A DNA stretch of 64,000 bases from Chloroflexota bacterium (GCA_012514645.1 JAAYZW010000107.1:4599-68598); one strand, 5' to 3'; shown: positions 39,140-49,023, counted from the stretch's first letter. Translations and numbers: made by a program. The notes: a model not told the origin generated them from the letters alone.

Positions 39140-40318
39140 TTACTTCCGATACACTGCCAACTCAATCGTGTTCCTGTGGAAATAACTGTCAACAGGCAAT
39201 GGCAAGTCGCCGTACATGACGTCCACAATGCGCCCTTCTAACCTCAGGGTGGCGGTTTCAAGCTGGAATAGCTTGCCGGGTTCAGCTAAAATTGGCTCAC
39301 CCCTGATCTCCAGCCGCTGCCTGATAGCCGGGTCGTTATAGGCATGTTTGCTCATAATCACCTTGGTAATGGTCTGGATATCGTTCTTGTCAAAAAGCCA
39401 GATGTCAAAGGCTGAGATTTTTTTGGGCTCTCCAACACCAATCAAGTCAGAAATACTGATCCCACACTCGCCCAAAAACGCTCCGTTGGGGGCATCAAAA
39501 ACAAAAGATTCGTCGTATCGGTCATCCCCGAACATGTAGGTCGACATAAACTGCGCAACCGGTTTTGAACCGTTATTCTCTGCCGGGCTGTCGCCGCCGT
39601 TGCCGTTCTTGTTTCCATTCGCAAAAATTGAAGCTCTCTGTGCAGCTGGTTTTGGTTCATTAATGTAACGCTCCGCCGGTCGCTGAACTGCTGCGGGCGA
39701 ATCTTGCCGTCTGACTGCCGGAGGGGTCACTTTGAAGTTTGATATCGCTTCCTGGGCTGTTGCCGTGGCTGTTCTGAAATTGAAACCGTGCTCCCGGAAG
39801 TAAAACCAATAAGCGGCACCACCCCCAATAATCAACACTCCCAACAGACCCAACCCGATCCAAATCAGGGAATTGGTACCTTCCTCCTGCTGAACGCCAT
39901 CCACAAGGATTTCAGTGCCATCCTGTAAGGTCGTGCCCGGCGTAGTGGTGACAGAATCAGCCGTGGGGACTGTAGCATTGATGGCTGTGCTGAAACGTTG
40001 AATTTGTTCAGTATTCAAAAAACCTGGGTCGCTGTTCAGGTCGACCAGAGTTTTTTCTGCCATATCACCCAACTCGGCATACGCCTGCATCGCCTTGACT
40101 TTGTCTCCGGTCAGTGTGTAGGTCGTAATGGCATTGCGAAGGTAATCAACCCGCAAATCCGGGCGCAGATTGGCAGCCGATGCGTCCGTCCACTGTAGTG
40201 GAAAGAGAACGTAGCCAAACAACAACCATCCAATCAGTAAGCCAGCTATGCCGGCAGCAATCGCGAGATTACGCCGATTTTGTAATTTGTCTTTTATGAT
40301 TTCGAGTAAGTTTTCCAT
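39140..40318 (-). CDS. Hypothetical two-TM membrane protein with uncharacterised C-terminal domain
   Basis: An ORF with two clear hydrophobic helices (residues ~20-45 and ~165-185), a Pro/Ala/Gln-rich linker and a ~140-aa C-terminal domain. I recognise no family. The ATG at 40318 is preceded by GAGAGG. Confidence 0.5.
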   Translation of the reverse strand: MENLLEIIKDKLQNRRNLAIAAGIAGLLIGWLLFGYVLFPLQWTDASAANLRPDLRVDYLRNAITTYTLTGDKVKAMQAYAELGDMAEKTLVDLNSDPGFLNTEQIQRFSTAINATVPTADSVTTTPGTTLQDGTEILVDGVQQEEGTNSLIWIGLGLLGVLIIGGGAAYWFYFREHGFNFRTATATAQEAISNFKVTPPAVRRQDSPAAVQRPAERYINEPKPAAQRASIFANGNKNGNGGDSPAENNGSKPVAQFMSTYMFGDDRYDESFVFDAPNGAFLGECGISISDLIGVGEPKKISAFDIWLFDKNDIQTITKVIMSKHAYNDPAIRQRLEIRGEPILAEPGKLFQLETATLRLEGRIVDVMYGDLPLPVDSYFHRNTIELAVYRK

Positions 40319-40377
40319 GACGTGCACCTCTCAGCAAAAACATCTTGCCTTGAGAGGTGCACGTTTTGTACCAACGA

Positions 40378-42765
40378 TTATCCTTCGCGGTCTTCCACTG
40401 GGAAGCGCGACCGGCACTTTGTGCACACCAGCGCTTTGCCCTTTTCAACCAACAGACCACCACAATTGGGGCATGGTTTCGCCGCAGGCTTATCCCATGA
40501 GGTAAAGTCACACTCGGGATAGCGTGAGCAGCCATAGAATTTACGCCCCTTCTTCGAACGCTTTTCAATCACATCACCGATGCCACAAGTTGGGCAAGTG
40601 ACGCCAATTTTCTCGAGCCAGGGTTCCGTATAGCGGCACTTGGGGAAATTGGCGCAGCTGATAAATTTGCCAAATCTTCCTGTGCGGAACACCAGTTCAC
40701 CGCCGTCTTCCGGGCAAAGCCGCCCAACCTTCTCAGGTTCCAACTGGGTTTTGGGCATATGCTTTTTGGCATGCTCCAGCTCATGGCTGAACGGTCCGTA
40801 AAATTCCCGGATTACATCCACCCATTGCTCTTCGCCTTCGGCGATTTTGTCGAGCTCGCCTTCCATCTTTGAAGTGAACCCCAAATCGACCACCCCCGGA
40901 AAGTATTCGACAACCAGGTCGTTTACCAGGAAACCAATTTCTGTCGGGTAGAGCCGCTTGTTTTCACGGCTAACATAACCGCGGGTCTGGATGGTTGAAA
41001 TAATCGGCGAATACGTGGAAGGACGTCCAATCTGGTTCTCCTCCATTGCCTGGATCAAGGTCGCTTCTGTGTAGCGCGGTGGCGGCTGGGTGAAGTGTTG
41101 AGCCGGGTCAAGCTCCAGCAGATGCTGTTTTTGCCCAACTTGCATTACGTCCAGTGGAATATCGACCAGTTCTTCTTCGCCATTCTCATCATCTGCCTTG
41201 TCATAACGGTAAACCGCCCTGAAGCCGGCAAAGACTTCACGGTTGCCAGTTGCCTTGAACATGAAAACGCGTTTCCCCAACGTGCCTTCAACTTCCACAG
41301 TCGTTATCTCGATCACTGCAGGGTTCATCTGGCTAGCCACGAAGCGCTGCCAGATCAGTTTATAAAGCGCGTATTGATCGCGGGTAAGGTGTTTTTTGAT
41401 CGAATCAGGCGTGCGGTTGACCGAAGTCGGTCGGATAGCCTCATGGGCTTCCTGGGCAGAAGCACCAGCCCGACTGCGGTATTGCGGTTGTTTAGCCGGC
41501 AAATAACTTTCGCCAAAATGGTTGCGTATATATGCCCGCGCTTCTTTCACCGAATCAGCCGAGACATGCACCGAGTCAGTACGCATGTAGGTGATCAGAC
41601 CGGTTTCTTCACCATTACCCAAATCGAGCCCCTCATAGAGCTGCTGGGCAACCGACATGGTCTTGCGGGTAAGGAACCCGATCCTGCGGGAAGCTTCCTG
41701 CTGAAGTGTGCTGGTGATGAAAGGCGCGCCCGGGCGCATTTGTCTGGTCGACACGTTGATATCACCAATTTTGTAGTTGGATTTCCTCATCTCTTCAACC
41801 AGCGCATGTGCCTGAGCCTCATTCTCGAGAGTCATTTCAAGGCTTTCACCATCAATTTTTGCGAGCTTGGCACGGTATTGCTTGTCACTGCCATCGGGGT
41901 TGAAAAGTCCATGGATAGTCCAGTATTCGACCGGAATAAAGGCTTCAATTTCACGTTCTCGTTCGACAACCAATCTTAAAGCCACAGATTGCACACGCCC
42001 TGCTGATAAGCGGCCTTTCACCTTCGCCCAGAGGATCGGCGAAACACTGTATCCAACCAATCGGTCTAAAATCCGGCGGGCTTGCTGCGCATCCACCAGG
42101 TCCATATCCAGGTCACGGGTTTTGGCAAACGCCTCTGTAACCGCGTTTTTGGTGATCTCGTGAAAGACCACACGCTCGGTCTTGCCCGGGTCAATTTCTG
42201 CGGACTCCACAAGGTGCCAGGCAATTGCCTCGCCCTCACGGTCGGGGTCGGTTGCCAGGAAGACTTTTGTGGTGCCATCTGCCAGACTTTTAATTTTCCT
42301 GACCACTTCCCGTTTCTCGTTGGGAACGCGGTATTTTGGTTCAAAATCATTTTCGACATCTACGCTCAATTGAGATTTTAACAAGTCACGGACATGACCA
42401 ACCGAGGCAACCACTTCGTAATCTTTGCCCAAAAACCGTCCGATCGTGCGGGCTTTTGCTGGTGACTCAACAATCACCAGCGGTTTTCCGTTTGCCTTGA
42501 CAGATTTGCCGTTCATTTTGGTGGACTTGGTTTTCCTGGCTGCCGGTTTGGCAATTTTAGTCTTGCTGCTCTTGGTTTTCTTTTCAGTTGTCTCGATAAC
42601 CGGTTTTTCCAACCCTTCGTGGGCTGGAGTCGCGCCGATGCGATACATTTTGGTGCCACAATCCAAACATATGCCCGTTGTCACAGCGGCACCGCGCGCG
42701 TTAAAACCCGCGACGGGGTCATTGATTTCCCTTTTTTCTTTGCACTTTAAGCAATAAGCTTCCAT
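40378..42765 (-). CDS. topA: DNA topoisomerase I with N-terminal zinc-ribbon/Lys-rich extension
   Basis: TOPRIM LVIVESPAKARTIG, a catalytic region (ITYMRTDS) and three C-terminal CxxC...CxxC zinc fingers. There are 94 extra N-terminal residues. Confidence 0.9.
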   Translation of the reverse strand: MEAYCLKCKEKREINDPVAGFNARGAAVTTGICLDCGTKMYRIGATPAHEGLEKPVIETTEKKTKSSKTKIAKPAARKTKSTKMNGKSVKANGKPLVIVESPAKARTIGRFLGKDYEVVASVGHVRDLLKSQLSVDVENDFEPKYRVPNEKREVVRKIKSLADGTTKVFLATDPDREGEAIAWHLVESAEIDPGKTERVVFHEITKNAVTEAFAKTRDLDMDLVDAQQARRILDRLVGYSVSPILWAKVKGRLSAGRVQSVALRLVVEREREIEAFIPVEYWTIHGLFNPDGSDKQYRAKLAKIDGESLEMTLENEAQAHALVEEMRKSNYKIGDINVSTRQMRPGAPFITSTLQQEASRRIGFLTRKTMSVAQQLYEGLDLGNGEETGLITYMRTDSVHVSADSVKEARAYIRNHFGESYLPAKQPQYRSRAGASAQEAHEAIRPTSVNRTPDSIKKHLTRDQYALYKLIWQRFVASQMNPAVIEITTVEVEGTLGKRVFMFKATGNREVFAGFRAVYRYDKADDENGEEELVDIPLDVMQVGQKQHLLELDPAQHFTQPPPRYTEATLIQAMEENQIGRPSTYSPIISTIQTRGYVSRENKRLYPTEIGFLVNDLVVEYFPGVVDLGFTSKMEGELDKIAEGEEQWVDVIREFYGPFSHELEHAKKHMPKTQLEPEKVGRLCPEDGGELVFRTGRFGKFISCANFPKCRYTEPWLEKIGVTCPTCGIGDVIEKRSKKGRKFYGCSRYPECDFTSWDKPAAKPCPNCGGLLVEKGKALVCTKCRSRFPVEDREG

Positions 42766-42858
42766 AATAATTTCTCCTGGCTGGGTGTTTCCCTCAATAG
42801 CCGGGCACTATAATACCATATTCATTTTTTTGTCAATAGCAGATTGCGAAAGGTTGCT

Positions 42859-43953
42859 TTAAAAGTCCCACTTCTTTACGCGCTGGTATTCCATGCCATT
42901 ATCGCGCTGGACAATACCTTTCAATTCCATCATGGTCAGTTCGGCAGTCAATTTTTCGATGGTCATCGAAGTGCGTGCGCAAATTTCGTCAATATGCAGG
43001 CTTTCGTCGCCTAACACCCGCAGGATGTTCTTTTCAGTCGAGCTGATATCCAGTTTTTCACGCTTTCGCTCGATACCAGTACGCGCCAGGTTAAGCGTGT
43101 CGGTGATGATGATCGGATTGGTCATCGGGGTTGCTCCATCGCCAATCAGCTGGTTGGTGCCCTTGCTCATTTGCGATAAAACTGAACCAGGTACCGCAAA
43201 AACTTCCCGATTCTGTTCGATAGCGAATTTCGAAGTGATCAACGCGCCGCTGCGCTCGCCGGCTTCAATTACGACGGTGCCCCTGGATAGCCCGGATATG
43301 ATCCGGTTGCGAGGTGGAAAGTTGATGCCGTCGGGTTTGGTGCCGGGCGCGTAGTCGCTGATCAAGGCACCCTGCTTCACGATCTCCCGCGCCAGCTTGC
43401 GATGTTCCGGCGGATAGATCACATCCACACCCGAACCCAAAACCGCAAAAGTACGACCACCGGCTTCGATCGCTGCCTGGTGCGCGATGCCATCCACCCC
43501 CCTGGCGAGACCGCTCACCACGGTGATGCGATTGGCTGCCAGATAGGCGGCTGTGTCCTGCGTGATCTGCCGCCCATATTTAGTAACATTTCGAGTGCCA
43601 ACGATCGCGATCGCCAGCTCATCTTCGGGCAAAATATCACCAACGTAATAAAGAACGGGCGGAGGCTGCGCGATTTCCAATAAGTAGCGCGGGTAACTTG
43701 ATGAATCCCAGGTTAGAAATTTGATCCCTTTACGCTCAAGCTCATCTTCGAGTTTTTCAGGGGAGAGCGTCTTACGGGTTGAGAGCACCAGGTCTGCGGC
43801 TTTTACGGTTAAACCGGCACTGAGCAGTTCCTTTTTGTCTGCCTGCCAGGCAATCGAGAGGTCACCAAAGAAATCGAGCAATTTGCGGTAACGTACCGCC
43901 CCGATTCCGCGGATATGGCTAAACGCCAGCCAGAAAGAAGTTTCGCTGGTCAA
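42859..43953 (-). CDS. dprA: DNA processing protein DprA (Smf)
   Basis: IAIVGTRNVTKYG, SGLARGVDGIAHQAA and a Rossmann-like core, plus a C-terminal winged-helix region. Confidence 0.88.
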   Translation of the reverse strand: MTSETSFWLAFSHIRGIGAVRYRKLLDFFGDLSIAWQADKKELLSAGLTVKAADLVLSTRKTLSPEKLEDELERKGIKFLTWDSSSYPRYLLEIAQPPPVLYYVGDILPEDELAIAIVGTRNVTKYGRQITQDTAAYLAANRITVVSGLARGVDGIAHQAAIEAGGRTFAVLGSGVDVIYPPEHRKLAREIVKQGALISDYAPGTKPDGINFPPRNRIISGLSRGTVVIEAGERSGALITSKFAIEQNREVFAVPGSVLSQMSKGTNQLIGDGATPMTNPIIITDTLNLARTGIERKREKLDISSTEKNILRVLGDESLHIDEICARTSMTIEKLTAELTMMELKGIVQRDNGMEYQRVKKWDF

Positions 43954-44495
43954 TCACGCAGTCCTTCGAGCAGCTCGACCTGGATGGTGCCGGCTTCGAG
44001 ATCTATCTTTTTGATCACATCAGGAATCGCTGGAATCAACAATTCCTGCGATTCTTCGCTTGCAATGATATAGACATCGTTGGCGCCTGTCTCCATGATA
44101 TCAACCAGCTCACCCAAATATTCATCCGCTTGCCAGACTTTCAAACCAATTAACTGGTGGTGATAATACTGCCCTTCCGGCAGTTTTGGTAAACCACGCG
44201 TTCGGGTAAAGACTTCCAGGTTGGTTAACCTGGCGGCTTCTTCAGGGTTGTTAAATCCAGCGAAACGAAGCACCATCAGGGTGTTTTTCCAGCGGACTGA
44301 CACGACCTGATATTCCTCGTGGTCTTCGCCCAGGAAAACACTCTTGCCTGTACGAATACGCTCGGGGAATTGTGTGACCACTCGCATGGCGATTTCACCT
44401 TTGATTCCGTGTGTTTTCTGAAGGACGCCGATTAATAGATAAGCAGGCTCGTTTTGAATTGACGAGCCTGCTGTATTGGGTGTGTTCTCAGTCAT
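43950..44495 (-). CDS. rimM: 16S rRNA processing protein RimM
   Basis: LLIGVLQKTHGIKGEI, a PRC-barrel C-terminus, and a position after rpsP and the KH gene. Confidence 0.85.
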   Translation of the reverse strand: MTENTPNTAGSSIQNEPAYLLIGVLQKTHGIKGEIAMRVVTQFPERIRTGKSVFLGEDHEEYQVVSVRWKNTLMVLRFAGFNNPEEAARLTNLEVFTRTRGLPKLPEGQYYHHQLIGLKVWQADEYLGELVDIMETGANDVYIIASEESQELLIPAIPDVIKKIDLEAGTIQVELLEGLRD

Positions 44496-44503
44496 GTTGA
44501 AGA

Positions 44504-44755
44504 TCAGTCGAGATCAACAACATCCATTTCCACCTTTTTGCCATTCCGGGCTGCCACGACTCTTAAGATCGTGCGCATCGAATTGGCAACTCTGCCGTGT
44601 TTACCGATCACTCTTCCAATGTCTTCGGGGTTCACGTGCAGCTCAAGGTGGACCGTCTTGCCGCTTTCATATTCTTCGACAGTCACATCGTCAGGATTAT
44701 TGACAATGGACTTCGCCAGGTATTCCAGGAGGCTGCGGAGGTTGTCTTCTGCCAT
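44504..44755 (-). CDS. KH-domain RNA-binding protein (YlqC/UPF0109)
   Basis: VIGKHGRVANSMRTIL (GxxG KH motif). It sits in the canonical position between rpsP and rimM. The ATG at 44755 is preceded by GAGGA. Confidence 0.8.
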   Translation of the reverse strand: MAEDNLRSLLEYLAKSIVNNPDDVTVEEYESGKTVHLELHVNPEDIGRVIGKHGRVANSMRTILRVVAARNGKKVEMDVVDLD

Positions 44756-44777
44756 GATCCTATCCTCACTGACCTGG

Positions 44778-45116
44778 TTACTTTGCACTGATCTTCTTGG
44801 CGCGGGCTTCGTAGACCTGGTTGGCTTCCTCGATCAATACTGCCTGGTCTTCGCCGGCTTTAAGACGTGCAAAGCGTTCGTCTAACTTGACGATTTTGAA
44901 TAGTTTTTCAACCGATTCTGACGGCTGGGCGCCAACACTCAACCAATGGTAAACTCTTTCCTCGTTCATTTCGATTGTTCCAGGTTCTGTCCTGGGATTA
45001 TACGAACCAACGATTTCAATAAAGCGACCATCGCGGGGGCTCTCTTTATCAGCTACCACGACACGATAATGAGGTTGATGGGTTGAACCCACACGGCGTA
45101 AGCGAATACGTACCAT
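44778..45116 (-). CDS. rpsP: 30S ribosomal protein S16
   Basis: MVRIRLRRVGSTHQPHYRVVVADKESPRDGRFIEIVGSYNP. Confidence 0.92.
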   Translation of the reverse strand: MVRIRLRRVGSTHQPHYRVVVADKESPRDGRFIEIVGSYNPRTEPGTIEMNEERVYHWLSVGAQPSESVEKLFKIVKLDERFARLKAGEDQAVLIEEANQVYEARAKKISAK

Positions 45117-45218
45117 CTTAGAATTGCTCCTTAGTTTCTTTTCCAGTAATAATATTAATACGGCTTCAGTTTAAGGCTGAGAGATGCTGAAGGGGCATTT
45201 CCTTATCCTAATCCGTAA

Positions 45219-46544
45219 TTATCTAAATAACCTATCAATATTACCACGTCCTCCCGTTTTTTGGAAAGACTTCATTAACTTTTGAATGTCACGAAATTGT
45301 TTCATCAATCGGTTGACATCCTGCACATTTTTACCGCTGCCGGCAGCGATCCGCCGCCGGCGGCTTGCGTTCAGCAATCTGGGGTCGCGCCTTTCTGCAG
45401 GGGTCATGGAGTCGATGATCGCTTCAACCGTTTTGAGCTGACCTTCGGCTTCCTGTGGGTCGACAGCTTTAGCCACCGCGCTCATTTGCCCGGGAAGCAT
45501 GCCAAACAATTGCGAGATTGGACCCATCTTTTTCATTTGCCGGAGCTGCTTGGCAAAATCATCGAGTGTAAACTGACCGGTGAGCATGCGCTCCGCTTGC
45601 TTGACATCAACCCCGTCTGCGTAAGCCGCTTCGGCTTTTTCGATCAGACCAAGCATGTCACCCATGCCCAAAATGCGCCCGGCGATGCGGTTTGGATCGA
45701 ACACTTCAAGCGCGTCCATACCTTCGCCGGTGCCCAGAAATTTAATCGGCATGCCGGTCACTTCCCGGATCGATATGGCAGCACCGCCACGGGCATCACC
45801 ATCGATCTTGGTAAAAACCAATCCGGTAATGGGAATTTCTGCTTGAAACCCTTTTGCAATGTTAAGCGCTTCCTGCCCGATCATCGAGTCGACAACCAGC
45901 AAAATTTCGTTTGCCGGTACTGCTTTGTCGATTCCTACCAATTCGTCCATCAACTCGTTATCCAGCTGCGAGCGACCAGCCGTGTCGACGATCAGCACGC
46001 TATAACCGCCGTTTCGCGCCTGTTGCCTGGCTTCTTTGGCAATCTGAACTGGATTGGCACCGGGAAGCGTAAAAACTGGAACATCGATTTGATTGCCCAG
46101 CGTCTGCAGCTGCTTGATGGCAGCCGGTCGATAAATATCTGCCGCTACCAGCAGCACGCGTTCACCGGAAGCACGTAATTTCTTGGCAATCTTCGCCGCG
46201 GCTGTGGTTTTACCGGAACCCTGCAGACCGACCAGCATCAAAACATGTGGTCGCTCACCTTTGAGGTTTAGTTCTGCAGGCTGACCGAGAGTTGCAATCA
46301 ACTCCTCGTTGACAATTTTGATCACCTGCTGCGCTGGATTGAGCGCTTTGGATACTTCGACGCCAATCGATCTCTCTTTGACGCGGTTGGTAAAAGAACG
46401 CACCACGGCATAGTTGACGTCTGCCTCGAGCAGCGCCAGTTTAACCTCACGCATGGCGAGGTCAACATCGCTTTTGGTTAATTTTCCTCGCCGTTTCAGG
46501 TTGTCAAATACAGCGGTAAGTTTGTCAGAAAGGCTCTCAAACAT
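45219..46544 (-). CDS. ffh: Signal recognition particle protein Ffh
   Basis: MFESLSDKL start, an NG domain (GLQGSGKTTAAAKIA, DTAGR, TKIDGDARGGAA) and a Met-rich M domain. Confidence 0.95.
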   Translation of the reverse strand: MFESLSDKLTAVFDNLKRRGKLTKSDVDLAMREVKLALLEADVNYAVVRSFTNRVKERSIGVEVSKALNPAQQVIKIVNEELIATLGQPAELNLKGERPHVLMLVGLQGSGKTTAAAKIAKKLRASGERVLLVAADIYRPAAIKQLQTLGNQIDVPVFTLPGANPVQIAKEARQQARNGGYSVLIVDTAGRSQLDNELMDELVGIDKAVPANEILLVVDSMIGQEALNIAKGFQAEIPITGLVFTKIDGDARGGAAISIREVTGMPIKFLGTGEGMDALEVFDPNRIAGRILGMGDMLGLIEKAEAAYADGVDVKQAERMLTGQFTLDDFAKQLRQMKKMGPISQLFGMLPGQMSAVAKAVDPQEAEGQLKTVEAIIDSMTPAERRDPRLLNASRRRRIAAGSGKNVQDVNRLMKQFRDIQKLMKSFQKTGGRGNIDRLFR

Positions 46545-46755
46545 ATATACTTCTCACAGTTTTTTTCTTATCATACCTTAAGTACGACAAGATTCGAAAT
46601 GTTTTTCGCAGGAAACTATCATGCTGGGATGCTTGTTCTGTATACTTTCTGTCGCTCCTGCCCGGGTAAAGCCTTAGAGAAATTTGACTACATTATCAAC
46701 CTGTCTGAAACTCTGAATACTTTTTCGTGTTTTATTAGCTTAGGAGTACCTAAAT

Positions 46756-47610
46756 ATGAACAAAGTAGCCATTGTTACCGACAGCACTGTTGCCATTCCC
46801 CCTGAAATCGCAGCGCAGCAAAACCTGACCATCGTCCCCCTCCATCTCAACTGGGACGGCGAAACCTATCTCGACGGCATCGATATTTCTCCAACCGAAT
46901 TCTATGAGCGACTGAGTAAATCGAAAACCATTCCGACCACTTCTCAACCCTCTGCCGGTGCCTTCCAACAGACTTACACCAAATTATTGAATGAAGGATA
47001 CGACATCCTGACCATGGTAATTTCATCCAAAATTTCCGGCACCTGGGATTCCGCTATTCAGGGTGCGGAGGGTTTGCCGGAAGACCGCCTGATCGTCCTG
47101 AACACATTGCAGGCTTCCATGCCGCTCACCATTATGGCATTGATGACCTCCAATGCCGCTCTCAGAGGTGCCTCATTGCTGGAATGTAAAAACCTGGCAG
47201 TCGACATTTCCGAACGAATTCAGACCCTGTTCGTGGTCGAAACGCTCGAATTTCTGCATCGCGGTGGTCGCATCGGTGGGGCAGCGCGCTTTTTGGGCAC
47301 CGCCTTGAAACTGAAACCGATCCTCAAACTCCAGGATGGTGCGGTTGCCCCGCTCGAAAAAGTGCGCACCTTTTCGAAAGCGGTCAAGCGTGTTTTTGAG
47401 ATCGTCGAAGATGACCTGGGCAAACAGGGTCGCATAGAATACCTGGGCGTCCTCTCTGCCAACTCACACAAATTAAGTGAAGAAATGTTGGCAACCGCCC
47501 GCCAGCATTTTAAGGTGAAAAACGAAATCATCGGCGAAATCAGCCCGGTTATCGGAACCCACGTGGGTCCTGGTGCTGTTGGTCTGGTTTACCTGCCCGA
47601 GAAGAAATGA
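46756..47610 (+). CDS. DegV-family fatty-acid-binding protein
   Basis: VAIVTDSTVAIPPE, TTSQPSAG and ISSKISGT blocks. Confidence 0.85.
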   Translation: MNKVAIVTDSTVAIPPEIAAQQNLTIVPLHLNWDGETYLDGIDISPTEFYERLSKSKTIPTTSQPSAGAFQQTYTKLLNEGYDILTMVISSKISGTWDSAIQGAEGLPEDRLIVLNTLQASMPLTIMALMTSNAALRGASLLECKNLAVDISERIQTLFVVETLEFLHRGGRIGGAARFLGTALKLKPILKLQDGAVAPLEKVRTFSKAVKRVFEIVEDDLGKQGRIEYLGVLSANSHKLSEEMLATARQHFKVKNEIIGEISPVIGTHVGPGAVGLVYLPEKK

Positions 47611-47670
47611 GCCTTTAAAGCATTTGCTCTGATACAATAGGGAAAACTCACCTCAGAAAGGGACCTTCCC

Positions 47671-48987
47671 ATGACAAATGCTGAAAAATTTGGAATCCAT
47701 ATCCCGGAATTACTTCTTCCAGGAAAAAAAGTCGACCTGCACAAGTGGGCAGTAATTGCCCTTGATCAGTTCACATCCGAACCAGAGTATTGGGAGCGTG
47801 TAGCTGCCACTGTTGGCGACGCTCCCTCGACTTATCACATGATTCTGCCTGAAGCTTTTTTGAATGAACCAGATAAACCTGAGCGCATTGAACGGTCTCA
47901 GGCAAAAATGTGTGAATACCTCGAAAGCGGGCTGCTTGAACCGCACAATGGTTTCATGTTGGTAGAACGAACTGTAGGCGACTCAATACAGACCGGGCTG
48001 GTGGTAGCGCTCGACCTGGAGACATACGACTTCAACCAGGGCTCTCAATCCCTGATTCGCGCGACTGAAGGCACCATCCTGGACCGCCTGCCCCCACGAA
48101 TGCAGGTTCGCCGCGGCGCGCCGCTGGAGCTGCCCCACATTTTGGTGCTCTATGATGACCCGGAATTCTCGGTACTCAATCCCATTTTGAACCAAAAAGC
48201 CGCCCTGCCGCTTGCATATGACTTTGACCTGATGGAAGGCAGCGGTCACATCACCGGGCACCTTATCGAAGATCCCGACACCCTGAACGGTGTTATCGAC
48301 CGCCTCGCCGGGCTGCTCGATGCAGACAAATACAAGGCACGCTATGGCGATGTCGATCAAACCCACCCACTGCTTTTTGCTGTTGGTGACGGTAATCACT
48401 CGCTCGCTACTGCCAAGAGCATCTGGGAAGAACTGAAACCGACGGTTGGCATGGAGCACCCAGCCCGCTACGCATTGGTCGAGCTGGTCAATTTGCATGA
48501 CCCGTCACTCAAGTTCGAACCGATTCACCGCGTTATGTTCAACGTTGGCGACGGTTTTGGCTACCTGGTGACCAAACAATTTGAACCCAACTACGAAATT
48601 CATACCTGCAAGGGTTTTGACGCTATGAAAGAAACCGTTCTGGGAGCCGCCCCCGGCAAACAACGCTTTGGCATGATCACTGCTGCTGGTTACCGGATTA
48701 TCGAATTGGTTGAACCAAAACATAACCTCGCGGTTGGCAGCCTTCAGGAATTCCTGGACGCCTTTTTGAAACGCGACGCCGATGCCGAGATCGATTACGT
48801 CCATGGTGACGATGTGCTCGATAAGTTAAGCAAGGAACCCGGCAATCTCGGGTTTTACCTGCCCCCGATCACCAAGGACAACTTCTTTAAATCGGTCATT
48901 CTGGATGGCTCTTTGCCCCGCAAAACTTTCTCGATGGGTCACGCGCACGACAAGCGCTTCTACCTGGAAGCCCGCAGGATCATGTAG
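47671..48987 (+). CDS. DUF1015 domain protein
   Basis: 438 aa. The overall pattern (ALDQFTSEPEYWE, FAVGDGNHSLATAK, YVHGDD) fits my recollection of DUF1015. Confidence 0.6.
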   Translation: MTNAEKFGIHIPELLLPGKKVDLHKWAVIALDQFTSEPEYWERVAATVGDAPSTYHMILPEAFLNEPDKPERIERSQAKMCEYLESGLLEPHNGFMLVERTVGDSIQTGLVVALDLETYDFNQGSQSLIRATEGTILDRLPPRMQVRRGAPLELPHILVLYDDPEFSVLNPILNQKAALPLAYDFDLMEGSGHITGHLIEDPDTLNGVIDRLAGLLDADKYKARYGDVDQTHPLLFAVGDGNHSLATAKSIWEELKPTVGMEHPARYALVELVNLHDPSLKFEPIHRVMFNVGDGFGYLVTKQFEPNYEIHTCKGFDAMKETVLGAAPGKQRFGMITAAGYRIIELVEPKHNLAVGSLQEFLDAFLKRDADAEIDYVHGDDVLDKLSKEPGNLGFYLPPITKDNFFKSVILDGSLPRKTFSMGHAHDKRFYLEARRIM

Positions 48988-48995
48988 TTTGGTTC

Positions 48996-49023
48996 TTGAC
49001 GTATCGAACAATTGTGCTATATT
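48996..49023 (+). promoter_or_regulatory. recA promoter with overlapping Cheo-box-like (LexA) site
   Basis: TTGACG (48996..49001), 16 nt, TATATT (49018..49023), with TG at the extended -10 position. The spacer contains CGAACAATTGTGC (49005..49017), which differs from GAAC-N4-GTTC at one position. Confidence 0.55.
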
